A DNA stretch of 51,587 nucleotides from Candidatus Izemoplasmatales bacterium (GCA_050177605.1 JBFXGX010000006.1:1-51587), one strand, 5' to 3'; shown: positions 1-11,166, counted from the first letter of the stretch. Notes: generated by a model not told the origin, from the letters alone. Numbers and translations are program-made.

Positions 1-812
1 CGATTGCAATTTCAGATGAGTCTAGGCAAAAGATAAAAAAGATTTCAAAAAAAATTGAAGATGTATCATTTCAAAAAGAAGAGATTCGAAAAGCAATGCA
101 ACTAGCAGTCTTGAAGGGTTTCAAACATACAAAAACAAGCAATCAAGAGATGACACCTGACACAATTGGTATTCTCGTGGCTTATTTAATCAAATCATTT
201 CGTCTGAAAAAAGATCCACTAGTAATTCTGGACCCGATTGTTGGTACTGCCAACTTGATTACAACTGTTGCGAATCAACTTGAACGTAATGTTCGACTTG
301 TTGGAGTGGATGCGGATAATTTAAAGTGTGAGCTCGCTAGTATCATGTTTGATATGATGGATTATGGCGAAGAGGTATTCTTCCAAGATACCTTAACCTT
401 CTATAATGTTTTCGCAGATGTGATTCTTGCTGATTTTTCGTATGATGAGGTTGTTGAAAACAGATTTTTCCCATATGAAGTCATTATGCACCATCATTCA
501 AACTTGAGCAAAGATGGATTATTCTTCGCGGTCATTTTCAATGATTTCTTCGAAAATGAATTAAGCGCATCTTTTCGAGAAGAAATGCTAGCTTATTATG
601 ATATTTTAGGATTGATAAAATTACCTGATACGATGTTTAAGAGTATCGGTAAAAGTATTTTGATTTTACAAAACAAACAAAATGAATTTGATGAAAAACA
701 ATTTTTACTTGCAGATATACCATCATTTGAAGATGAAGATGCATTTAAAAAAGCTTTAAATAAAATTAATCAATGGTTTGATAACCACCAAAAGAAGTTA
801 GGAGAAAAATAA
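1..812 (+). CDS. YtxK-like class I SAM-dependent (adenine-specific DNA methylase-like) methyltransferase, 5' truncated
   Basis: Frame is open from the window edge. Contains MTPDTIG and ILDPIVGTANL (motif I), and lies directly upstream of ackA as in the Bacillota ytxK-ackA pair. Confidence 0.8.
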   Translation, partial: IAISDESRQKIKKISKKIEDVSFQKEEIRKAMQLAVLKGFKHTKTSNQEMTPDTIGILVAYLIKSFRLKKDPLVILDPIVGTANLITTVANQLERNVRLVGVDADNLKCELASIMFDMMDYGEEVFFQDTLTFYNVFADVILADFSYDEVVENRFFPYEVIMHHHSNLSKDGLFFAVIFNDFFENELSASFREEMLAYYDILGLIKLPDTMFKSIGKSILILQNKQNEFDEKQFLLADIPSFEDEDAFKKALNKINQWFDNHQKKLGEK

Positions 813-2006
813 ATGGCAAAAATTATGGCAGTAAACGCAGGAAGTTCATCTCTCAAGTTTCAATTACTTGATATGCCTGCAGAAACATTAATTACATCAG
901 GTATTGTAGAAAGAATCGGTATGAATGATTCAGTTTTCACAATTAAGTTTAATGGTGAAAAACTCGTTGAAACAAAAGATATCGATAATCATGCAGTGGC
1001 AGTTAAAATGTTACTAGACAAATTAATTGACTTAAAAATTATCGAGAGTTTTGATGAAATTGAAGGCGTTGGTCATCGAATTGTTCATGGCGCTAGCGTT
1101 ATTACTAAATCGACGATTATTACTGAAAAAGAAATAGAAGTATTAGAAAGTATTATCGATTTAGGACCATTACATTTAGGACCTAACTTAACAGGTATAC
1201 GTGCGTTTAGAGAAGTGCTTCCTCATGTAACGCAAGTAGGTGTGTTTGATACTGCTTTCCATCAAACAATGCCAGAAGAATCATTCTTATATGCTGTTCC
1301 TTATGATTGGTATGAAAGATATCAAGTAAGAAAATACGGATTCCACGGAACTTCTCACAAGTATGTTTCTGAAAGAACCGCTGCATTACTTGGAAAAAAG
1401 CCAGAAGAAGTGAACGTAATTGTTTGTCATATCGGAAATGGAGCTTCTATTTGCGCTGTGAAACAAGGTAAATCAGTAGACACATCGATGGGATTCACAC
1501 CACTTGAAGGTATCCCTATGGGAACAAGAAGTGGTAATGTCGATCCAGCAGTTATAGAATATATGATGAATAAAAAAGGTAAATCAGCAAAAGAAATTAC
1601 CAATGTGCTTAACAAATTGTCAGGATATATTGGTGTATCTGGTGTATCTTCAGATTCACGCGATTTAGTTGCTGCTAGTGAAGCAGGAAATCATCGTGCT
1701 CAACTAGCGATTGATATTCAAGCGAAGAGAATCGCAGATTATGTCGCAAGCTATTATGTTTATATGGGCGGCGCTGATGCTATCGTATTTACCGCTGGTA
1801 TTGGTGAAAACGCTGCTTCTACTAGAGCAAATGTCATCGAAAGAGTGAAAGTTCTTGGTGCAGAAATTGATCCAGTGAGAAATAACTGCCGCGGTGTTGA
1901 ACAACTCATCTCTACAGATGAGTCAAAAATAAAAGTATTTGTTGTTCCAACAAACGAAGAAGTAATGATTGCAAGAGATACTTTAGAACTAATTCATGCT
2001 CAATAA
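813..2006 (+). CDS. ackA: Acetate kinase
   Basis: NAGSSSLKF, GHRIVHG, FDTAFHQT, YGFHGTSH, FTAGIGEN and PTNEE motifs; RBS aggag. Confidence 0.98.
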   Translation: MAKIMAVNAGSSSLKFQLLDMPAETLITSGIVERIGMNDSVFTIKFNGEKLVETKDIDNHAVAVKMLLDKLIDLKIIESFDEIEGVGHRIVHGASVITKSTIITEKEIEVLESIIDLGPLHLGPNLTGIRAFREVLPHVTQVGVFDTAFHQTMPEESFLYAVPYDWYERYQVRKYGFHGTSHKYVSERTAALLGKKPEEVNVIVCHIGNGASICAVKQGKSVDTSMGFTPLEGIPMGTRSGNVDPAVIEYMMNKKGKSAKEITNVLNKLSGYIGVSGVSSDSRDLVAASEAGNHRAQLAIDIQAKRIADYVASYYVYMGGADAIVFTAGIGENAASTRANVIERVKVLGAEIDPVRNNCRGVEQLISTDESKIKVFVVPTNEEVMIARDTLELIHAQ

Positions 2007-2015
2007 ATAAATTAT

Positions 2016-2052
2016 ACCTCCTTAGCGTAATATTAACTAAGGAGGTTTTTTT
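2016..2052 (+). terminator. Intrinsic terminator after ackA; the 3' arm contains the SD of the next gene
   Basis: acctccttag-N11-ctaaggaggt followed by tttttt and then ATG at 2053. Confidence 0.8.
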
Positions 2053-3390
2053 ATGACTTTATGGATGAATTTATTTATGTTGTTTTCTTTCTTTTTTATG
2101 CCTTATTTCCAAGATAATACGATTGTTTCATCAGAAAATAGTTCAATAACCATCAAAGGAGAATTTCTTGATGATGGGTACTTGTATTCCTATGGCTTTA
2201 TTCGATATCTTGATACAAATGAAACGAATGGAATATTGATAAAAACTGATGTTTTAACCAAGCAAATCATTTTTCAAATTCAATACGATGTAGGATATGA
2301 TGAAATGTTCTTATATTTAGCAGAAATGAGTGAAACCGAGATAGCCATTGTCAACAAAAATACACTTACCTATAGCACTACTCGAATGAACGAGTTTGTA
2401 TCAACCGAGGTACTACTTTATGACAAGGATGGCTTTTTTATAACTAAAAAAGTAATTCAAGAAATACCTTCAGCTTATGGAAATGTCAATTACAGATTGT
2501 TTTTGCAATGCGGGGATCAGCCATTTTATCTTGATCATGATCTAACCGAGGTATCTCAAATGGTTGAATTGACGAATCAAACCAATCTTACTTTACAATA
2601 CCAAGGACAAGCCTATCTTAATCACCTAGCAATTGATGAGATTACCTTGATCGAACCAGGAATATACATCATGGACATTGTAGATAAACTATATTCATAC
2701 CATCAAATGATTACCATTATTCCAGAGATTGTTGGCGTACTCGATGGTGGTGTTTATACTTCAAGTCTTTCAATCCGCTCAAATGGAGATCTTTACATTA
2801 ATGGAATGAATCAATTGAGCCCGGTCGAGATTAGTGAACCCGGGAGTTATACATTAACCGTTCTAGGATTGAATAACTATGTATTCGAACTTACCTTTCT
2901 GCTTGATTTTACCTACGAAGGAATAGAAGAACAAGAAGAGACTTCAGAATGTATCATTGTCACTTCCAATGCAAAGCAAATGAGCATCGATGGACTGGAA
3001 TATGTGGGAACTTTGTTTTGCGATGTTGGAAAGCACGAACTTGTTTTAGAAGGCGAAGGTGGTTATACAAAAAAAGTTACCTTTTCAATTTTGCCTAAAA
3101 TCGATGGTGTTCATAATTATGAAGAATTCACTGAACCAATCACGATATTTGTCCATGGGGAAGCCTATTTAAATGGCACGAAAATGATGGATGAAACCCT
3201 TGTAAGCGATACTGGTAACTACTTAATTGAAGTGATGTACGATGGCGAAATTTATGAACAAATCTTTTTTACTGTGCGTCTTCCTAGCATTGAGGAACCT
3301 ATCATTAGAGAGACGAAGAATTACGTCTATGAGATTGCGCTTGGAATACTTGTTGTTGTCGGAATTTATATGATAATAAAGAAGAAATAA
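2053..3390 (+). CDS. Surface protein with about four Ig-like repeats and a C-terminal membrane anchor
   Basis: Hydrophobic N-terminus. Repeated G-x-(A/L)Y(L/I)N...(EP/DT/DV)G-x-(Y/H) units of about 60 aa. C-terminal TM helix followed by KKK. Confidence 0.65.
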   Translation: MTLWMNLFMLFSFFFMPYFQDNTIVSSENSSITIKGEFLDDGYLYSYGFIRYLDTNETNGILIKTDVLTKQIIFQIQYDVGYDEMFLYLAEMSETEIAIVNKNTLTYSTTRMNEFVSTEVLLYDKDGFFITKKVIQEIPSAYGNVNYRLFLQCGDQPFYLDHDLTEVSQMVELTNQTNLTLQYQGQAYLNHLAIDEITLIEPGIYIMDIVDKLYSYHQMITIIPEIVGVLDGGVYTSSLSIRSNGDLYINGMNQLSPVEISEPGSYTLTVLGLNNYVFELTFLLDFTYEGIEEQEETSECIIVTSNAKQMSIDGLEYVGTLFCDVGKHELVLEGEGGYTKKVTFSILPKIDGVHNYEEFTEPITIFVHGEAYLNGTKMMDETLVSDTGNYLIEVMYDGEIYEQIFFTVRLPSIEEPIIRETKNYVYEIALGILVVVGIYMIIKKK

Positions 3391-3434
3391 CCTCAAAAAC
3401 TAGAGATTATGATATAATGATGTCGGTGATACAT

Positions 3435-6400
3435 GTGATACAGTTTGAATTATTTATCCAAACTGGTTATTCCTTAAACGGTAGTTTAATCGATATCCAT
3501 CGTTTGGTTAAAAAAGCAAAAGAAGTAGGTTTAAAATCACTCGGAATCGCTGACTTTAATAATATGTATGGTGCACTCAAGTTTACAGAGGCATGTCTAA
3601 ATGAAGGGATCAAACCTATTTTAGGATTAAACACCAACTTATTATTACAAAGTGAGCAAATGATTCCGATTCTTCTTTATGCAGAAAATAATATAGGGTA
3701 TCACAATTTACTTGAGATCAGCAGTTATGTACAACAAGAAAATGGCCGTATTCCATTAGAGCATTTAGTAAGTCTTTCTGAAGGTGTTTGGTTGGTTCTT
3801 CTTTCGACAAGTGGGCTCATCTATGCTCATATGATGGAAGGCAGAGTAGAAGAAGTAAGTGATTTATATCACCAACTCAAAAAGAAAGTAAAAAGAACGT
3901 ATCTTGGTATCGATACGACTGATATTAATGTAGAATTTAAGATTGCCCCTGAACTTAAAAATATAGGAGATACTTTTTTAGTGCATCAAGTTTCGCTTCT
4001 ATCAAAAGATGATTTAGAGGCTTCTTTGATTCTGAAAAAGATATTAAAGGATGAACATCCTTCGAAGGATGGTTTTTTTGAAACGGACGAAATTCCTTAT
4101 TATTTAAGAAGCAGCGATGAACTGACTAAACAGTATCAAGCATATCCTGAAGCAATCAAAAATGCCGAAGAGTTGATTTCTTTACAAGATGTGACCATTG
4201 AACTAGGAAAGATTCACTTACCAACCTATCCTACAAAAAATGGATATGAGGCAGAAGAATATCTCCGCGCGCTCGCGTTTAAAGGATTAGAGAGAAGATT
4301 ACAATCAAAGAAAAAGTGCAAAGTATCAAAAGCATCGTACATTGAAAGATTAGAATATGAATTAAATATCATTCATGAGATGAAATATGACGATTACTTT
4401 TTGATTGTCTGGGACTTTGTTTTGTATGCGAAAAAGAAGAAAATTCTTGTCGGTCCTGGTAGAGGAAGCGCCGCAGGAAGCCTTGTATCATACTGCTTAG
4501 GTATTGTTGATATTGATCCGCTTGATTTTGATTTATATTTTGAACGTTTTTTAAATCCCGAAAGAATAACGATGCCAGATATTGATATGGACTTTCCGGA
4601 TAATCGACGAGAAGAAGTCATTGAGTATGTTGTTGATAAATATGGAAAAGACCATGTGACATCGATTATTACATTTGGAACATTTCAAGGAAAAAGTGCA
4701 ATTCGTGATACAGCAAGAATTCTTGGATTGAATGAATCTGTTATCTCTGAAGTCACTTCCTATATTGCAGAAACGGATAATTCTATTGATTCGTTTGAAC
4801 AATCAAATCCTCAAAAATATCAAAACTTAATGAACAATCTTGAAATGAAACGACTGTTTGATATTGCCAAAAAGCTAGTAGGATTACCTAGACATACATC
4901 AACACATGCGGCTGGAATCATTATTACGAAAGATCCAATCACTTCCTACACGGCAATTCAACCAGGGCTTTTGAATATGTATCAAACACAATTTGAAGCA
5001 AGTGATTTAGAAAAGTTAGGTTTATTAAAAATTGACTTTTTAGGGCTAAGAAATTTAACTACCATTCAAAATGTACTTGATTCCATTGAAGCACAAACTG
5101 GAGAAAGTATCGATATTTATAAAATAGATTTGGAAGATTCAAAAACATACAAATTACTTCAAGATGTTTCTTCTCTTGGTGTATTTCAACTTGAATCTCA
5201 AGGTATGATGAGCTTGATGAGACGAATGCAAATCAAGACTTTTGAAGATATTTCCACGTGTATTGCACTTTTTAGACCTGGTCCTATGGAGTCAATTCCT
5301 TCCTTTATTGCTAGACGTGAGGGAAAAGAATCTGTTACATATCTTGCGAAAGAATTAGAACCGATTCTTTCATCCACCGAAGGAATCATCATCTATCAAG
5401 AACAAATTATGAAAATCGCCAATGAATATGCTGGATATTCCCTTGGAGAAGCGGATGTATTACGTCGCGCAGTATCCAAGAAAAAGGAATCAGTATTATT
5501 AAGTGAACGACAAAAATTTATCTCAAAATGTAATGAGCTTGGACGTGACGAGCAAATCGCCAATCAAATTTATGATTACATCGTGAAGTTCGCAAATTAT
5601 GGATTTAATAAATCACATTCTGTCGTTTATAGTTTAGTTGCGTATTGGATGGCGTATTTAAAAGCCAATTATCCTACTTACTTTATGGCAACATTACTTG
5701 ATGCATCGATTGGCTCACAAACTGCCACAAGCGATTATATTAAAGAATGCCGTAAATTAGGAATTAAAATCCTTCCACCAACGATTAACCAATCAAAAAA
5801 GTATTATGGAAGAGAAGGCGCCAATTTAAGGTATCCATTACTCGGAATTAAAAATATTGGTGGTATTGTAGCGGATCGATTAGTGGATAGTTTCAAGGAC
5901 ACACCATATCAAGATTTTATTGATTTTATGAAAAGAACCAAAGATGTAAACTCAAGAGTAGTTGAGTCGTTAATCCTCGTCGGAATGTTTGATGAATTTG
6001 GGTTAACAAAACAGACGTTAATTGAGAATATGAAACAAATCATCGCTTATGTGAATTTGCCAACACTTGAAAATCAAGCATCATTTGTTTATATTCCATA
6101 CCCGGAATATGAGTATGGCGCACTTCAAAAAGCTGAGAAAGATTTAATTGGATTCAATCTAAGGTATCATCCACTAAATCAGTTCTCAGATAGAATCGAG
6201 AAAGAAAAACTTATCTCTGTAACAGATATCTTGATGAAGTCAAATGAATTTGTTAATTTTGTCGCTTATATTGATAAAGTTCGACTCATCAAAACCAAGC
6301 ATGGTGAAACCATGGCATTTATCGTATTAGAAGATGCTTATTCAAGCATTGAAGCAGTAGTTTTCCCAAAAGATTATGAAAAGTTCTCCGAAAAAGTGGT

Positions 6401-6500
6401 TGCTTATCAAATTGCGGAAATTGTTGGAAAGCTCGAAGAAAGAAATAATCAATTACAAGTATTAGTTAAGTCTATTAAATTATGGGAGGAAAAAGTATGA
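3435..6500 (+). CDS. dnaE: DNA polymerase III alpha subunit (short DnaE3-like)
   Basis: GPGRGSAAGS, FERFLNPER, MPDIDMDF, HAAG, KIDFLGL and YGFNKSH motifs. GTG 3435 follows ggtga (ORF-track start 3417). Confidence 0.97.
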   Translation: MIQFELFIQTGYSLNGSLIDIHRLVKKAKEVGLKSLGIADFNNMYGALKFTEACLNEGIKPILGLNTNLLLQSEQMIPILLYAENNIGYHNLLEISSYVQQENGRIPLEHLVSLSEGVWLVLLSTSGLIYAHMMEGRVEEVSDLYHQLKKKVKRTYLGIDTTDINVEFKIAPELKNIGDTFLVHQVSLLSKDDLEASLILKKILKDEHPSKDGFFETDEIPYYLRSSDELTKQYQAYPEAIKNAEELISLQDVTIELGKIHLPTYPTKNGYEAEEYLRALAFKGLERRLQSKKKCKVSKASYIERLEYELNIIHEMKYDDYFLIVWDFVLYAKKKKILVGPGRGSAAGSLVSYCLGIVDIDPLDFDLYFERFLNPERITMPDIDMDFPDNRREEVIEYVVDKYGKDHVTSIITFGTFQGKSAIRDTARILGLNESVISEVTSYIAETDNSIDSFEQSNPQKYQNLMNNLEMKRLFDIAKKLVGLPRHTSTHAAGIIITKDPITSYTAIQPGLLNMYQTQFEASDLEKLGLLKIDFLGLRNLTTIQNVLDSIEAQTGESIDIYKIDLEDSKTYKLLQDVSSLGVFQLESQGMMSLMRRMQIKTFEDISTCIALFRPGPMESIPSFIARREGKESVTYLAKELEPILSSTEGIIIYQEQIMKIANEYAGYSLGEADVLRRAVSKKKESVLLSERQKFISKCNELGRDEQIANQIYDYIVKFANYGFNKSHSVVYSLVAYWMAYLKANYPTYFMATLLDASIGSQTATSDYIKECRKLGIKILPPTINQSKKYYGREGANLRYPLLGIKNIGGIVADRLVDSFKDTPYQDFIDFMKRTKDVNSRVVESLILVGMFDEFGLTKQTLIENMKQIIAYVNLPTLENQASFVYIPYPEYEYGALQKAEKDLIGFNLRYHPLNQFSDRIEKEKLISVTDILMKSNEFVNFVAYIDKVRLIKTKHGETMAFIVLEDAYSSIEAVVFPKDYEKFSEKVVAYQIAEIVGKLEERNNQLQVLVKSIKLWEEKV

Positions 6501-7447
6501 AAATTGGAGTATTAACATCTGGAGGAGACGCACCTGGAATGAATGCAGCCATACGTGCTGTTGTTCGTACTGCCATTAGTTATGGCATGGAAGCCTATGG
6601 AATATATGATGGATATAAAGGATTAGTTGAAGGAAAAATAGTTAAACTCGAAAGAAACGACGTTGGGCAAATCCTCAATCATGGAGGAACGATTTTAGGC
6701 TCTTCACGATTGAAGGAATTTAAAGAAGTTTCTGTAAGACAAATAGCGATTGATAACCTAAAAGAAAAAGGGATTGAAGCTTTAGTTGTTATTGGTGGAG
6801 ACGGAACCTATAGGGGTGCCCAAGCCTTAACTGAAATGGGTATTAATTGTATTGCTTTACCTGGAACGATTGATAATGATATTTCTTCTACGGAATATAC
6901 CATTGGTTTCTTTACAGCGCTCGATACAGCGATTGATGCAATCGACAAGTTAAGGGATACTTCCTTTTCACATCGAAGATGTACTGTTGTCGAAGTGATG
7001 GGAAGAGATTGTGGAGATTTATCCATCTATTCCGGAATCGCATGTGGGGCAGAAATTGTCATCACAAAAGAAACTGGGTTTAACCGCGAAAATGTCTTAA
7101 AACAAGTCAGTCATGCCAAAGCGATTGGCAAGAGACATGTGATTGTAGTTGCAGCTGAAAATATGATTGATGTATTTGAGTTAGCACGAGATATTGAAAA
7201 ACATTCTGGATATGAATCTAGAGCAACAGTTTTAGGACATATTCAACGCGGAGGAAATCCAAGTGCTTTTGACCGTGTCCTTGCAAGTAAAATGGGTGCA
7301 TATGCTGTGGAACTATTAAAAGATGGCAAAGGTGGGAAAGCCGTTTACTCAAGAGGCATTGAAATCAATAATTGTGATATTAATGAAGCTCTTAGCAAAG
7401 AAAGAAAGCCGACCGATTTATACCTTTATTTATCTAAACTTAATTAA
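6497..7447 (+). CDS. pfkA: ATP-dependent 6-phosphofructokinase
   Basis: TSGGDAPGMN, IGGDG, PGTIDND, EVMGR and LGHIQRGG motifs. ATG 6497 overlaps the dnaE stop (ATGA) and follows RBS ggagg. Confidence 0.97.
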   Translation: MKIGVLTSGGDAPGMNAAIRAVVRTAISYGMEAYGIYDGYKGLVEGKIVKLERNDVGQILNHGGTILGSSRLKEFKEVSVRQIAIDNLKEKGIEALVVIGGDGTYRGAQALTEMGINCIALPGTIDNDISSTEYTIGFFTALDTAIDAIDKLRDTSFSHRRCTVVEVMGRDCGDLSIYSGIACGAEIVITKETGFNRENVLKQVSHAKAIGKRHVIVVAAENMIDVFELARDIEKHSGYESRATVLGHIQRGGNPSAFDRVLASKMGAYAVELLKDGKGGKAVYSRGIEINNCDINEALSKERKPTDLYLYLSKLN

Positions 7448-7450
7448 TGA

Positions 7451-7481
7451 AAAAGCGTGATTTAAAACAAATCACGCTTTT
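7451..7481. terminator. Bidirectional terminator between pfkA and the radical SAM gene
   Basis: aaaagcgtgattt-aaaac-aaatcacgctttt between convergent genes. Confidence 0.85.
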
Positions 7482-9115
7482 ATTTTTATATCGTATGTTA
7501 TTACTTCGCTTGGGTAAAAAAGAAATATTGTATAGTTTTTTTGATGTTTTATAAGAATACCGTACTTGTATAAGTCATCAAGACGTATGTTTAGATTTTG
7601 TGCAATGTTCTCATAGAGTTCAGTTCTATTTGGAATGGATTTATCCCACCATAGTTTCGGTTTAATTTTGTTGTGGGATAAATAATCTTTCTTTAACAAA
7701 TAGGTCATCTCTTCATATAGATGTGGATATTGCTCATACACAAACTGATCTAGTAAGTGAAATACTTCATAAAGTTGATATCGATGAAAATCAAATTGTT
7801 TATTGATCAGGTAATGGTATATTTGATAAAACAAATCAAAAACGGATTCGATATTTTTGGTTAAGTATGTGATAGACTCATTCATGAATCCTTTGTTCCA
7901 ATACAGTTCAAGAATTTCTTCGACTTGATGAATGATTAATTGTTCATTTACCGACAAATAATCATTTTGAATCATCTCATAAGGGGCATGTTGATGATAA
8001 ATATAATGATATTTTTCGCTTTCGGCTTTTAAAAGTGTACCTTTTAACATTTTTAAAAATCCAAGTTGTAATTCTTTTGCATATAAAGTAAAGACCTCTT
8101 GAAATGTCTTTTTAAATATTGGGAGTGTCTCGTAGGGCAAACCGGCTATTAAATCAAGATGTAAATCAACGATATTTCCTTCGATGATTTTTTTGATATT
8201 CGAGAACAGAACCTTGTTGTTTTGTTTTCTATTTACAGCTAGATTTGTTAGTGCATGAGTTGATTGAATTCCAATTTCAAAACGGATTCCATTTTTTGGC
8301 CCATGGGAATTTACATATTCAATAATTTCTTGCCTCAGGATATCACCGGTAATTTCGAATTGAAAAGATAACCCCTCTTCATAGATAGAAAAAATGAAGG
8401 CAAAAATTTCTGTGGCATATTTCGGATAGATATTGAACGTTCGATCTAAAAACTTAAAAGTTTTAGCTCCGTGACTTTTTAAATACAAAATTTCTGATTT
8501 TACTCTTTCAATATCAAAATACCTTACTCCGTTTTCTAAAGAAGCTAAACAATAAGAACATTCAAATGGACAACCACGCGATGTTTCGATATATTGAATT
8601 TTGTTTTTTATGTGGAGGATATCTGCTTCAAAATGATACGGCGTTTTTAAAGCATTTAAATCTTTGATATCTTCTTTTGGGTGATGAATGATTTGTCCAT
8701 CGGCGTTTTTATATTTTAAACCAGGAATGACATAATTGCCATCTGTATGAATATGATGAAGCAATTTATGGAAAGCAATCTCTCCTTCACCTTCGATAAT
8801 ATAATCAACAAGGTTCTCTTCAAAGAAAAAATCATTTTCGTAAGAGACTTCGGGACCGCCTAAGATGAGGATGGCTTCTTTCTTAATACATAGTTCTCTT
8901 AAAAGCTTCTTGACTATCTCTATATTCCATATATAACAACTGAACGCAATAATATCAGGTCTTGTAGAAATAATTTGTTTAAGTATATCACTCAAAGAAT
9001 CCTTGATGGTAAATTCAAGGATATCTGCTTCATAGGTTGTATTTGCTTTTAAATATCTTACGGCCAAGTTTGTGTGAATATACTTAGCATCAATACTGAC
9101 AAGAATTGTTTTCAA
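7472..9115 (-). CDS. B12-binding radical SAM protein (DUF4080-type C-terminus)
   Basis: N-terminal B12-binding region (FSCYIWN, LGGPEV, GEGE) and SRGCPFECSYC (CxxxCxxC). TTG 9115 follows aggtga (ORF-track start 9124). Confidence 0.88.
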   Translation of the reverse strand: MKTILVSIDAKYIHTNLAVRYLKANTTYEADILEFTIKDSLSDILKQIISTRPDIIAFSCYIWNIEIVKKLLRELCIKKEAILILGGPEVSYENDFFFEENLVDYIIEGEGEIAFHKLLHHIHTDGNYVIPGLKYKNADGQIIHHPKEDIKDLNALKTPYHFEADILHIKNKIQYIETSRGCPFECSYCLASLENGVRYFDIERVKSEILYLKSHGAKTFKFLDRTFNIYPKYATEIFAFIFSIYEEGLSFQFEITGDILRQEIIEYVNSHGPKNGIRFEIGIQSTHALTNLAVNRKQNNKVLFSNIKKIIEGNIVDLHLDLIAGLPYETLPIFKKTFQEVFTLYAKELQLGFLKMLKGTLLKAESEKYHYIYHQHAPYEMIQNDYLSVNEQLIIHQVEEILELYWNKGFMNESITYLTKNIESVFDLFYQIYHYLINKQFDFHRYQLYEVFHLLDQFVYEQYPHLYEEMTYLLKKDYLSHNKIKPKLWWDKSIPNRTELYENIAQNLNIRLDDLYKYGILIKHQKNYTIFLFYPSEVITYDIKIKA

Positions 9116-9132
9116 AATCATCACCTACTACT

Positions 9133-9186
9133 ATTGTAACAGATATGTGAAAATCTGCAATTGGAAGTAAATGGTGTGGTATACTA
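9133..9186. promoter_or_regulatory. Divergent extended -10 promoters for the radical SAM gene and uvrB
   Basis: TGtTACAAT on the minus strand and TGgTATACT on the plus strand within a short spacer. Confidence 0.55.
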
Positions 9187-9204
9187 TATACTAGGGTGAT
9201 AACG

Positions 9205-11166
9205 ATGAATGAATTTAAGTTAGTATCTGAATATACGCCAACTGGAGATCAACCAAAAGCGATTCATAAGCTTGTTGAAAATCTTAATAACGGTTTTAAA
9301 GAACAAGTTCTTCTTGGTGCGACAGGTACCGGAAAAACCTATACAATCGGTAATGTGATTCAAGAAGTAAATCGTCCGACGTTGGTTTTAGCACACAATA
9401 AAACATTAGCTGGACAATTATATTCTGAGTTAAAAACACTATTTCCAGAAAACAGAGTGGAATACTTTATTTCTTATTATGATTACTATCAACCAGAAGC
9501 CTATGTTCCTGGGAAAGATTTATATATTGAAAAAGATGCAAAAACAAATGAAGAAATAGATGAATTACGACATGCAGCTACAAGTTCTTTGCTTGAAAGA
9601 AGAGACACAATTGTAGTAGCCAGCGTCTCCTGTATCTATGGCATTGGAGATCCAGAGGAATATAAAAAAGGAATGGTGACCATTCGGACAGGCGACAGTG
9701 AAGGCAGGGACGCGCTTCTTGAAAGACTGATTTCTATCTTATATGAAAGAAATGATATAGATTTCTCAAGAGGAAGTTTTAGAGTCAGAGGAGATGTAGT
9801 CGAGGTTCTTCCTCCATATGAAGCAGTTCATGGAATCCGTGTTGAATTTGATTTTGACGAAATTTCTAGAATTCGAAAATTTGATGTTGTAACGGGTGAA
9901 ATCATTCAAGACTATGAAGTATTAAGTCTATTTCCAGCTTCTCATTTCTTAACAAATAAAGATACGCTAGAAGAATCAATGAAGAGAATCAAGGATGAAC
10001 TCATAGAAAGATTAACCTATTTTAAAAACAATGGAATGTTACTTGAAGCAGAACGCCTCGAACAAAGAACGATGTATGATTTAGAAATGCTCGGAGAAAT
10101 GGGAACCTGTAGTGGCGTTGAAAACTACTCTAGACATTTAACACTAAGAAATGAAGGAGAAACGCCTGCCGTACTAATTGATTTTTTCCCAGATGATTTT
10201 TTACTTGTTATCGATGAATCCCACGTGACACTCCCACAAGTAAGAGGAATGTATAATGGTGACCGTTCGAGAAAACAAACGTTGGTGGATTATGGCTTTA
10301 GGCTTCCAAGCGCTTTAGATAACCGTCCATTGAATTTTGATGAGTTCTTAGGTAAGATTAATCAAGTAATCTATGTCAGTGCGACACCTGGTGATTTTGA
10401 ACTTGAAAGAAGTAATGCGATCGTTGAACAAATCATTAGGCCTACCGGACTAATTGATCCACTTGTAGAAGTTAGAAAAACAGAAAATCAAATTGATGAT
10501 TTAATATCTGAAGTCGAAAAAACAATTAAACGTAATGAAAGAGTATTAATCACTACCTTAACGATTAAAATGAGTGAAGACTTAACTGCTTATTTAAAAA
10601 GTCTTGGGTATAAAGTCGCTTATTTGCATTCTGAAATCAAATCACTTGAACGTCTTGAAATCATTCGAGAACTCAGACTGGGGACTTATGACATCTTAGT
10701 TGGTATCAATTTATTAAGAGAAGGCCTTGATTTGCCAGAGGTTTCCTTCATCGCTATTTTAGATGCGGATAAAGAAGGGTTCTTACGTAGCGCGCGTTCC
10801 TTAGTTCAAATCATCGGGCGTGCAGCGCGTAATGTGAACGGTAAGGTTGTAATGTACGCCGATAAAATGACAGATTCAATGAAATATGCGATTAGCGAAA
10901 CTTCAAGACGTCGTGAAATTCAAATGGAACATAATAAAGAACATAACATTACTCCTAAAACTATCTATAAGAAAATCTATGATTCGGTTTCGGTTAAGTT
11001 AGAAGAAGATACATCGAAAAAAGACTATAGCCATTTATCGAAAAAGGAAATTAAGAATAGTATTGATATTCTTGAAAAACAAATGATGGCAAGTGCAAAA
11101 GAACTTGATTTCGAACGAGCTGCAGAATTGCGTGATATCATCATCGAGTTAAGAGGCAATTTGTAA
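9205..11166 (+). CDS. uvrB: Excinuclease ABC subunit B
   Basis: [40 protein letters not shown] and a C-terminal UVR motif (FERAAELRD). ATG 9205 follows gggtga. Confidence 0.98.
   Translation: MNEFKLVSEYTPTGDQPKAIHKLVENLNNGFKEQVLLGATGTGKTYTIGNVIQEVNRPTLVLAHNKTLAGQLYSELKTLFPENRVEYFISYYDYYQPEAYVPGKDLYIEKDAKTNEEIDELRHAATSSLLERRDTIVVASVSCIYGIGDPEEYKKGMVTIRTGDSEGRDALLERLISILYERNDIDFSRGSFRVRGDVVEVLPPYEAVHGIRVEFDFDEISRIRKFDVVTGEIIQDYEVLSLFPASHFLTNKDTLEESMKRIKDELIERLTYFKNNGMLLEAERLEQRTMYDLEMLGEMGTCSGVENYSRHLTLRNEGETPAVLIDFFPDDFLLVIDESHVTLPQVRGMYNGDRSRKQTLVDYGFRLPSALDNRPLNFDEFLGKINQVIYVSATPGDFELERSNAIVEQIIRPTGLIDPLVEVRKTENQIDDLISEVEKTIKRNERVLITTLTIKMSEDLTAYLKSLGYKVAYLHSEIKSLERLEIIRELRLGTYDILVGINLLREGLDLPEVSFIAILDADKEGFLRSARSLVQIIGRAARNVNGKVVMYADKMTDSMKYAISETSRRREIQMEHNKEHNITPKTIYKKIYDSVSVKLEEDTSKKDYSHLSKKEIKNSIDILEKQMMASAKELDFERAAELRDIIIELRGNL

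Noticed and set aside
9125..9204. LexA (SOS) box upstream of uvrB
   Set aside because: No GAAC-N4-GTTC match is visible.
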